Below, piece after piece: positions 38,809 through 49,348 of a stretch of 64,000 nt of DNA; positions within the stretch are counted from its first letter, which is position 1; each line of letters opens with the position of its first letter. The DNA is taken from assembly GCA_013265495.1 (NCBI GenBank), contig MU061579.1:2043319-2107318 (forward strand), written 5' to 3'. Source of the DNA: Vicugna vicugna (Eukaryota). The position numbers were made by a program, and so were the translations under genes. The notes beneath the pieces are model-generated. The model was not told the DNA's origin and did no database searches. It saw nothing but the letters and a program-made list of their open reading frames with translations.

Positions 38809-39861
38809 CTGCAATCTCCTCCCTGAATCGCGCACAGCGCTGCAGATCCCAGTGCTCTGACATGCGGGCCGAATGCAGGTGAGGAAAGACACGGACTCTG
38901 CGGCTGCGAACCCAAACTTGGGCACCGCGAAGTGCGCACGGCTCAGGCTTCACCCCGCGGGCGAACGGCTGCTGCGGTTTCAGGCGGCGGCTTCGTGACT
39001 AATGACCTTGCGCAGAGTTGTTAAGAAAAAAGAGAAACCCGAGCTCTCGGGAGTGAGAAGGGACTGACTCTCCGGGCATCTCTGAAGATGGCTCGGGCTG
39101 CTCTTCAGCACACTGGGGGGACCCAGACGCGGACCGCTGTGTGACGCGAGTGGTCTCCACTGCACGGTGCCCGAAGCGACCTGCCGGGATTTTTCATTCT
39201 CGATCCGTTGCCTGGCTCCCCCACTGCCTGAGCGGAGTCGGAGTTGAGACTGGCTTGTTGCTGACCCTATCGCCTCGTGCAGGAAGAGACTCACGTTTGC
39301 CTGGGCAGCCGGAGCAGAAGCTGGGTCTGGAGTGAGTGGCCGAAACGTGAATTGGACTCAACTCGAGTAGCAGCAAAGACCAGCGGGGTTGGCAGGCGGG
39401 GTAGGCTGCAGGCTCGCTCCCCTCCGCTTCCCGGCTCCACCGCCCGCCTCCCGGAGCGGTTCCGGCCCCATCCGACAGAGCGGGGACGGTAGCTCGGGAT
39501 CCTCCGCCCGCTGCGGGAATGACTCTGGGGGGGGCGCCGAGTCCGCGGCGCGCAGTGTCCCGTGAACTGTGAGTACTGCGACTGAACGGCGGCCGGCAAG
39601 TGGGAGATTAGTACCCATTGCATGAATTATGAAACAATAACTTTCGGAAGAAGCAGGAGGAAAAAAAAAAGAAGGATCTATCGCTGGTCCCCCCTGGCTG
39701 ACTCTGGACGTTGCTCTTGCCCCCTCCCTCCTCTTCCTCTCGCTTCTTCCCTTCCCGGAGAGGAGAGAGGACTGGGAGGAGGGCAGGCGACCGGCCCCGG
39801 AGGCGGGGGGCGCCGAGGGGGCCGTGATTAGAAGGAGCAGTAGCAACAGCAGCAGGAGAAG
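38800..39861 (+). other. PCDH7: Probable ~1 kb 5' UTR of PCDH7 (TSS inferred at the end of the GA tract)
   Basis: GC-rich sequence between the polypurine tract and the start ATG. The TSS position is inferred, not observed. Confidence 0.55.
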
Positions 39862-42800
39862 ATGCTGAGGATGCGGACCACGGGATGGGCGCGCGCCTGG
39901 TGCCTGGGCTGCTGTCTCCTCCTGCCGCTCTCACTCAGCCTGGCGGCCGCCAAACAACTCCTCCGGTACCGACTGGCCGAGGAGGGCCCAGCAGACGTCC
40001 GCATCGGCAACGTCGCCTCGGACTTGGGCATCGTGACCGGCTCCGGTGAGGTGACTTTCAGCCTCGAGTCGGGCTCGGAGTACCTGAAGATCGACAACCT
40101 CACCGGCGAGCTGAGTACGAGCGAGCGGCGCATCGACCGCGAGAAGCTGCCCCAGTGTCAGATGATCTTCGACGAGAACGAGTGCTTCCTGGACTTCGAG
40201 GTGTCGGTGATCGGGCCCTCGCAGAGCTGGGTGGACCTGTTCGAGGGTCGGGTCATCGTGCTCGACATCAACGACAACACGCCCACCTTCCCGTCGCCCG
40301 TGCTTACGCTCACGGTGGAGGAGAACCGGCCCGTGGGCACTCTCTACCTGCTACCCACCGCCACCGACCGTGACTTCGGTCGCAACGGCATCGAGCGCTA
40401 CGAGCTGCTCCAGGAGCCCGGGGGCGGCGGCGGCAGCGGCGAGGGCCGGCGGGCCGGGCCTGCCGACAGCGCCCCCTACCCTGGGGGCGGCGGGAACGGC
40501 GCGACCGGCGGCGGCGGCTCGGGTGGCTCCAAGAGGCGGCTGGACGCGCCGGAGGGTGGCAGCGGGACCAACCCGGGAGGCCGCAGCAGCGTGTTCGAGC
40601 TGCAGGTGGCCGACACCCCGGATGGCGAGAAGCAGCCGCAGTTGATCGTGAAGGGGGCGCTGGACCGCGAACAGCGCGACTCCTACGAGTTGACCCTACG
40701 GGTGCGCGACGGTGGCGACCCGCCTCGCTCCTCTCAGGCCATCCTGCGGGTGCTCATCACTGACGTGAATGACAACAGCCCCCGCTTCGAGAAGAGCGTG
40801 TACGAGGCTGACTTGGCCGAGAACAGCGCCCCGGGGACCCCCATCCTGCAGCTGCGCGCCGCCGACCTGGACGTGGGGGTCAACGGGCAGATTGAGTATG
40901 TGTTTGGGGCGGCTACTGAGTCCGTGAGGCGGCTGCTGCGCCTCGACGAGACGTCCGGCTGGCTCAGTGTCCTGCATCGTATCGACCGCGAGGAGGTGAA
41001 CCAGCTGCGCTTCACTGTCATGGCCCGCGATCGCGGGCAGCCCCCCAAGACCGACAAAGCCACGGTGGTCCTCAATATCAAGGACGAGAACGACAATGTG
41101 CCGTCCATTGAAATCCGCAAGATCGGGCGTATCCCGCTCAAGGACGGGGTGGCCAACGTGGCCGAAGACGTTCTGGTCGACACCCCCATCGCCCTGGTGC
41201 AGGTGTCTGACCGAGACCAAGGCGAGAACGGAGTGGTCACCTGTACCGTGGTGGGCGACGTGCCCTTCCAACTCAAGCCGGCCAGCGACACAGAGGGCGA
41301 TCAGAACAAGAAAAAGTACTTTCTGCACACGTCTGCCCCTTTGGACTATGAGACCACTCGGGAGTTCAACGTGGTCATAGTGGCGGTGGACTCGGGCAGC
41401 CCTAGCCTCTCCAGCAACAACTCCCTGATTGTCAAGGTGGGAGACACTAATGACAACCCTCCCGTCTTCGGCCAGTCGGTGGTGGAGGTTTACTTTCCCG
41501 AGAACAACATCCCTGGTGAGAGGGTAGCCACGGTGCTGGCGACAGACGCCGACAGCGGGAAAAACGCTGAGATCGCCTACTCTCTGGACTCTTCCGTCAT
41601 GGGGATCTTTGCCATAGATCCCGATTCCGGGGACATCCTCGTCAATACGGTGCTGGACCGTGAGCAGACTGACAGGTATGAGTTTAAAGTTAACGCCAAA
41701 GACAAAGGCATCCCGGTGCTGCAGGGCAGCACCACTGTGATTGTGCAGGTGGCTGACAAGAATGATAATGACCCTAAGTTTATGCAGGACGTCTTTACCT
41801 TTTATGTGAAGGAAAACTTGCAGCCCAACAGCCCCGTGGGAATGGTCACAGTGATGGATGCTGACAAGGGGCGCAATGCGGAGATGAGCCTGTACATAGA
41901 GGAGAACAGTAACATTTTTTCCATTGAAAATGACACAGGGACCATTTACTCCACCATGTCTTTTGACCGGGAACATCAGACCACATACACATTCAGAGTC
42001 AAGGCTGTGGATGGGGGAGATCCTCCCAGATCTGCAACAGCCACAGTCTCTCTCTTTGTGATGGATGAGAATGACAACGCTCCCACCGTTACCCTTCCCA
42101 GAAACATTTCCTACACTTTACTGCCACCTTCAAGTAATGTCAGAACAGTAGTAGCTACAGTGTTGGCAACAGACAGTGATGATGGCATCAATGCAGACCT
42201 TAACTACAGCATTGTGGGAGGGAATCCCTTCAAGCTGTTTGAGATTGATTCCACCAGTGGTGTGGTTTCCTTAGTGGGAAAACTCACCCAAAAGCATTAT
42301 GGCTTGCACAGGTTGGTAGTGCAAGTGAATGACAGTGGGCAGCCTTCCCAGTCCACGACGACTCTGGTGCATGTGTTTGTCAATGAAAGTGTTTCTAATG
42401 CAACTGTGATTGACTCCCAGATAGCCAGAAGTTTGCACACCCCACTTACCCAGGATATAGCTGGTGACCCAAGCTATGAAATTAGCAAACAGAGACTCAG
42501 TATTGTGATTGGGGTGGTTGCCGGAATTATGACAGTGATTCTAATCATCTTAATTGTAGTGATGGCAAGATACTGCCGTTCCAAAAATAAAAATGGCTAT
42601 GAAGCTGGCAAAAAAGATCATGAAGACTTTTTTACACCCCAGCAGCATGACAAATCTAAAAAGCCTAAAAAGGACAAGAAAAACAAAAAATCTAAGCAGC
42701 CTCTCTACAGCAGCATTGTCACTGTAGAAGCTTCTAAACCAAATGGACAGAGGTATGATAGTGTCAATGAGAAGCTGTCAGACAGCCCAAGCATGGGCCG

Positions 42801-43038
42801 ATACCGATCAGTTAATGGCGGGCCCGGCAGTCCTGACCTGGCCAGGCATTACAAATCTAGTTCCCCATTGCCTACTGTCCAGCTTCACCCCCAATCACCA
42901 ACTGCAGGAAAAAAACACCAGGCCGTACAAGATCTACCACCAGCTAACACATTTGTGGGAGCAGGAGACAACATTTCAATTGGATCAGATCACTGCTCTG
43001 AGTACAGCTGTCAAACCAATAACAAGTACAGCAAACAG
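39862..43038 (+). CDS. PCDH7: Protocadherin-7 first coding exon (signal peptide, 7 cadherin repeats, TM helix, proximal cytoplasmic domain; 1059 codons)
   Basis: Long ORF starting MLRMRTTGWARAWCLGCCLLLPL. It has repeated cadherin motifs (DINDN, DVNDN, DENDN, LDRE, ATDAD), a Gly-rich insert in EC2 typical of PCDH7, a TM segment LSIVIGVVAGIMTVILIILIVVMA (~42496-42567) and a Lys-rich juxtamembrane region. It ends at a phase-0 donor CAG|GTAAGA (GT at 43039). Confidence 0.97.
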
Positions 43039-43122
43039 GTAAGATGCATCCCACATATGTTTAAGTATCTGAGACAGCATCTTCTACAAAGTTTTGTCTT
43101 CTCTCTGAAAGCTATTAGTTAA
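43039..43122 (+). CDS. PCDH7: Intron read-through C-terminus of PCDH7 (isoform b-type tail VRCIPHMFKYLRQHLLQSFVFSLKAIS*)
   Basis: The ORF continues past the donor to TAA at 43120-43122. The VRCIP start matches the human unspliced isoform b tail as I recall it. Confidence 0.65.
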   Translation, partial: VRCIPHMFKYLRQHLLQSFVFSLKAIS

Positions 43123-46100
43123 AATGAAATAGCAGGGATTTAGTGCTGGTGTAGTTCATACACCATTTATTTAGTAGAGGCCATTCACAAAAGGTACACC
43201 ATTGCCTTTTGCACCAGTTTACTAAGTTTACTAAGCTACTAAAGAAAACACTGTAGGCAGTGTTTTGCACTTCTCTTGGCTTGACAGTCCTAATTCATCC
43301 TACATTTTCTGTTTCTGGATAAGTATGTATGCATTGTTTGGATGGCTAGTTTTACCTGAAATTACTTTTTTCTTTTGTGCTACTAAGTGGGCAACTGCAT
43401 CCAGAGAGAACATTTCTGAAGTTACTGCTGCTATCTATGCAAATTGAACAGTATAAAAATTTTAGCTATGTTATACGTTATGCAGGATTTTACAGATAAA
43501 CAGATGCTGATTCATGCAAAGGAAGTACCAACTCTGAGATACTGAAATACTACTTTGACAAAAATGCTGACTTAAAAATATTTAATGATATGCAAATATC
43601 ATACAAACCTACATTTTTAATATTTCAATATCCATAAAGTTAGGCTTATATGAGGCTATGCATTCGGCATTCATATTATTTGTATTTAGTATTAAAAGTT
43701 CATAAGCAAAAGTAAATTGCATAAACCAATTATTATTTAAGCCAAGCAACAAAAATTTCCTGTTTGATGCAGTGTGTGCAAGAATATTTTGATATGCATT
43801 GTGATACACTGAGACTATAATAATGTTATGGAATAGTTGACACAGTCGTTTTCATGTGAAATGTGGAAACAGTAAAAAAAATTATATATTCTGAGGTGAA
43901 CTTCAGAAGATACAAAGTTTATTTTCGACAGTTTTGCTTGTGTGATTATATCTGTGTGCATATATATATATATAACGTACATCTCACAAAGTTTACTTTT
44001 CACACCCACCAAAGTTTCACCCAACAACTTAAAACCTTTTGGAAATTGTTGTGTCTAAAGCTGTAGCAACTCTGCTGATAAAATATCACATGTTTCTTAT
44101 AGCCAGAGCATCTCAAGAAACACATTTATGTCTGTCAAATAATATCCAATAGTACTTTTTCTATTAAATATGCTTTGCATGTGGAATGTGTGATCTGAGA
44201 AGAATTAAAGCAAAGGAAAAAGTTATTTTATAGCCTCATTAAAAATGTTATTGATGGGCTCATTAAAGATATTATAGAAAAGAGATAGATAATAATTTCT
44301 TATTGTTTTTATACTTTAAAAATCAGTTTCGTAAAGAAATGTTTTTGACAGATAGTACTTAAGTGTAGCTATTTGGATAAGGAGAAACAGACAATATGCT
44401 TTTATATCCAGTTATCAAAGCAATCTGAGAAAACACAGGTTTGAGCTACATTGCATTAAATGCCTTTCAAAAAGATGTCTTTTCATGCACATGAGCCTGA
44501 GTTATTTCTTTTAAACGAAACATGGCAAGTGGAGATTGTATTTGTTGTGTTAGTGCTTTACCTGAAATTAGTTGCAGATTTTTGTTTTGGTTTTGGTGAT
44601 TTTATCAGTTTTGTAAACAAGGACAATTCCCGTTAAAAATAATAGCACTTTTAGAAGGTTAGATATAATAATACCCACAAATAAATTAAGATCTGTAGAA
44701 ATTTCTTTAGAAAATGGTAATTTGTTATGCCAAAGCATGTGAAGAGATATTTCTGCAGAATATTTACTTCTCCACTGTCATTCTAACAGGATTTTCTGTC
44801 CTGTGGCTGACTGGCATTTATATTTTAAATTGCATAATCTTAAACTTTTGAGTGAACATATTAAGTGGGAGATTTATAGATATTTTATGCAGCCATCTCA
44901 TATGTTCTGTGCTGACACTTAAGCTTTATTTGGTCGTCAAATGGAGTTAGCTCTGTATTCTTGAATATTTAAAAGAGCCAATATCAAGACTGTTGTGGCA
45001 TCCTGTTTAAAAGGCAAAGTGATATGCTTATAAATAAACTAATATATGGTGTTAGTCTCTTAACTGAGCAAAGAAGTCCATATACCAGAAGAGAAAACCT
45101 ACAAAATCATTGGAATAAACCATGCAGTTTGTAAAAGTGACTTTGGAAAACGTGTGTTGTTGGACAGTCAAAAGATGTATAAAGTTTTAACCACAATAAA
45201 TAGCTGACCTAAAATGAAATAAGGGCAAATGAAATGCATTCCCCTTAATGTAATTAGTAATAGTAATTGATATGTTCCGTCTCCTCAATCTTGCTGTCAG
45301 GAGAGGAGGGATCCATTTACAAAGTTACATTCTGTTTAGACATCTGACATATTAAACAGGATCTTTTTTGTTCTCAATTTTGTTTGTACTGTAAGTAGAT
45401 GATTTTCTATTTTTATTTTTTAAATATATTACCTTTGATTTTTTAAACACTCCCAAATGTATTTTCTTTGATTAAACCTCACATAATTTTTTTTTAATTC
45501 AAGGTTTTGTTATGATTTCTCCCCTTTAATGCTGAACTTATCTAAAGAAAATCTCCAAGGTTGTTCTCTTTAATTTCTTAATGGTAGGGATTAATTAAAA
45601 ATCTGAGATTTCATCTGACACAGAGCCTTCACTTTATTTGTAATTTTTCTTAATTGCCTTATCATAGTTCTTTACTTGTGATATAAAGGAAACGATGTCT
45701 ATGACAGTGTTCTTATCTTTATGAGAATTAGTTTGAAGTGTTGCTCCTAAGTTCCCTTAATGGTTACATTATAATGAGGTAAACAGCTTTGCAGAAATGT
45801 ATTTGTAAATACTGACCCCCTCCACTTCTTTTTGGTTTGTTTTCATAGGCTCTAGCAATGTTCAAATCAATCTTCTTTAGTTACTCTTGGGCAGAATCGA
45901 GGAGATAATGTGTTGCAAGAGTTGCTGGAAGTATTCTGAACTTCACACAGTGAAAAAACTGATGATGTAGCCCAGGTTTTCATACTTCAGACATTTACAA
46001 TTCAAACAAAAGCCCTTCTTCTCAACTCAATAATGTGTCTACTTGAGCAAACTGTAGATCATTGACATTAGGTATCCACCTTTCCATTCATTCTTCTTTT

Positions 46101-47439
46101 GTGCGGTAAACCTGGTCTTGGAGGTTGTTAAAGTTTTGTGACCTGGAAGTACAAACAGTGCTTTTGATTTGTTAAACGAAAGCAGAAGCAATCTATTTTT
46201 TAATTTATTTTTAAATCACCAATATTTTACTATGTGTTAAGTATTTTTCAATTTTCTTAAAAAAATATAACTCCAAAAGTTTGACAGAAAACATAAAAGC
46301 AGAGTTACCACTTTGCATGTTGTTTTCAAGTCCTCTTGAGCTTATCCTTGCCGTGTTGTTATTTAGATAATGCACTGACAAGTAAAAATTTTATTGTATT
46401 TAGTGAATGGAAAGTAAGGTACTTTATTTTTGGCAAGCATATAGAGGATGCAGCTTGAATAAACATTAATTTGAAAATCCATTTGTAGCTGATCCTGAAA
46501 TACGCAAGAAAAATTCATGTTAGTTCCAGTGACAGTTTCCCTAGCCTAAGGAACTGCTGAATGTTGTCTGAATAATGTTCCCTCTAATTGATCAAATTGT
46601 GTTCAATATAGTAAAATTATGGCAGAAATTATTTTTTAAATTACTTCCATTTGGGAAACAAATAATGACTTACCATCTATTAGAGTTATAAGCACTGAAG
46701 AAACTGAATATCAGTTTATTTGTGAGTGTGTATTATACCATATGTATTATAGTGGAAGTGCATCTGTCTAGTGATGCCAACCAGCTGCCTCCAGTTTTAA
46801 TTCTATCAGCAGAACTTCTACAGTATGGTTCTCCTGCCTATAAGCCAGGATATTTTCAAGAGGCACAATGAATCTGCCTATGGTGAGACTTCTGTTCCCT
46901 TTGGCCTGAAATCATAGGTTAGAGGCTAGTAACTGATGAAACTTAGGCTGTGTCTTTAGTCAGGAGGTATCTACTGGCTTTCTGGATGTCAATAAAACAT
47001 GGGAAGGGTCATCCACTGATTTGACCTGCAGCATACATACAAATTTTTACTGAAATCCAGGTATGACAATTTGCAAATTACCCCAAACTTCTCCTAAGTC
47101 AATTAATGGCTTGACATAAGGATTCTAAGTAAACCATGCAGCTGCAAAATCATTTTTTCTTGTTAACTTTTCATCTTTGAGTAAGTACATAGCTCTTATG
47201 GGGAAAAGCATGCACGCAGTAAATATATATCGCGATCTCTCACTCTCTCACATTCACACACGCACAGATACACTCATATAAACCAGCTATGGCGCTATGA
47301 GGCTCATTTCCTGTGATATTGATATGCTGATAATGTGGAAAAGAGTTGAACTTCAAACAGATACAGAATTGACAGAAATATATATCATAGTCAACTGCTC
47401 AGTGTTTGTATCTGAAATCGCTAGAGTCATCATATTTTA

Positions 47440-47590
47440 GAATTAAAAGATACCAACCAAAACAATCCCCTCATTTTGTAGAAGAAACTGAGGCCTCATA
47501 TGAAAAAGTTAATTTGATTGAGATCATAAGATTATCAGGGATTTAATGTGAACCAGAGTCCTAGACACAGAATGCAGGGTCCAGTGTTCT
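47440..47590 (-). mobile_element. MIR SINE (intronic)
   Basis: CCCCTCATTTTGTAGAAGAAACTGAGGCC. Confidence 0.6.
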
Positions 47591-49097
47591 TTTTTTTTTT
47601 TTCTGTCATGCTACTTGTAGGAAAAAAATGATTTTCTACAACTTTCTCTGTATCTATTTCAGTAGTAACAGAAATCTGTTGAGATCTACTTATGTACATA
47701 TAACTATATATTTAGCTATGAAAACTGATTTTTTTTACAATAGTATATAATTTACTTTAGGCTCTAGGTTTTATCTGTAAAATTATCAGGGAAATTATAT
47801 TTCTAATTTTATAGCTTTTTAAAAGAAATTAATAGTTTTTCCCCCCTTATGGAAGAAAGCAACTGATGACATACATTAAAGTAATTTAACATGCTTTAGA
47901 AGATATATTCAATAAGTTGACAGGATTTTTCATTTTAGCAGAACAATGACAATAGATGTAAGCTCCTACCTAGCATTTAGTACATCCTCAATAAAAACAT
48001 ATTTATAGTGGAAATGAATAAAAGCTTTTTATATATTATGTATGAAACGTTCTATGCATTCTGATTGAGAAAATCTACCTTTTCCATCAATATTGATGAC
48101 TCCTTTGGCTTCCAAGCGTCTCTGCATTTTGGCAACTTTGCAGATGCACTGTACTTTGATAGTATCCTTAACACGCAGTCGTGAACTGGGTTTTCCTCTA
48201 AATGTTTTCTAGAAAATTGATAGAAGAATGTGACATTTTGTCATTTTTCAGTTGGATCACTTCCTTGTTAGTCAGTTAACCAATCTCGTGTTTTAGATTC
48301 TAAATTTACATATCGATAACATATAAATTATTTATTAATGTCAAGAATGAAATCCAAACTGTTTTTAAAACTAAATATAGTGTAACAAAACCGTGGTTTC
48401 ACAATAACCACCAATGCTCCTAGGCATTTTAACATCATTTTTTTTCTGGGAGAGGGTGGTTGTAGAGGTTATATAGGAAATTTAGTATGACAATTGTTTA
48501 AAGTTTTATGTTTAAATTATGTATAACCAATTTCTAGGCTATCCCCAGGCTCCCCATCCATTTATTTACTATAACTCTATAGAAATAGTAGGATCTGTTT
48601 ATATATATATCTTGAGTCAGCTTTGCTTTTCTTTCTTATTTATTTTAAAAGCCCTTAGAATCATTTCTAAAGCAGGGACTCTGTTTCAGAACATTACACA
48701 GTGCTTAATTTAGCATTAGTGTTGTGGGAGAAATCACATTCCAAGAAGAATTGAGCTGAAACCACTAAAACTAATCTTAATTATCACTTCTGGTGAATTA
48801 ATGTTTTAAAGGCAGAATAAAGGTTTATTTTCAGGAATTTAGTGATGTTTGTATTGAACTCTAATGCTGTGTACAAACAAAAAAAAAAACCATTAAAGCT
48901 TGCAAGTAGGATTCATCTGACAAGTTAACTTTTTCCCCCTTGAACTTATTTATTATTTACAAACACAAAATTTGCAAATAAAAATTCTCTGCTCCAAAAC
49001 TTCCACCACAGCATTCCAATCGGGCATAAGACGTTGGGTAAATTTTCTTCATCAATTTTTTTTTGACCTGCATAAATCTTTATTTTCCTTTTTTCAG

Positions 49098-49133
49098 ATG
49101 CGTCCACATCCATACATTACTGTGTTTGGCTGA
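49098..49133 (+). CDS. PCDH7: PCDH7 alternative terminal exon (isoform a-type), encodes MRPHPYITVFG*
   Basis: Strong acceptor TCTTTATTTTCCTTTTTTCAG|ATG (AG 49096-49097), phase 0 matching the exon 1 donor. The peptide closely matches the recalled human isoform a end MRLHPYITVFG. Not present in the supplied ORF track. Confidence 0.9.
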   Translation: MRPHPYITVFG

Positions 49134-49315
49134 ATTCCACTCTAATATGATGCTCCATTATGCACCATACTCTGATGACCTTGCTACTTCGCAACCTGCT
49201 GGAGCCTGCCCTTGGCAGTGGGGTGTCAGCCAATCACTGCTTGTTCCACTTGTTGTGCATTTGATTTTCAAGTTTTTTTTTTCTTTTCGTCTCATTTAAG
49301 GAAAAATAGTATTGA

Positions 49316-49348
49316 AATAAATAAACCTATAAAAAAAGTATTAATAAA
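49316..49348 (+). terminator. PCDH7: Polyadenylation signals of the isoform a-type terminal exon
   Basis: AATAAA at 49316-49321, 49320-49325 and 49343-49348, about 185-215 nt after the stop, followed by GT-rich sequence (ATGTGTT, GGGTGTC). Confidence 0.7.

Larger units (their letters stand above)
35200..41700. promoter_or_regulatory. CpG island: PCDH7 promoter, 5' leader and 5' half of exon 1
   Basis: Sharp rise in GC and CpG density against AT-rich flanks, with several GC boxes (GGGGCGG). Boundaries are estimated by eye. Confidence 0.9.

Noticed and set aside
39103..39123. REST/NRSE site (TTCAGCAC)
   Set aside because: Only the left half matches; there is no GGACAG right half.
35176..39623. 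Many 60-166 aa ORFs in the CpG island, including poly-Ala and ER/SL-repeat ORFs
   Set aside because: Expected from stop-codon scarcity in GC-rich and simple-repeat DNA. Many have non-ATG starts.
40696..41976. 426-aa minus-strand ORF
   Set aside because: Antisense shadow of the GC3-rich PCDH7 frame. No recognisable protein and no independent support.
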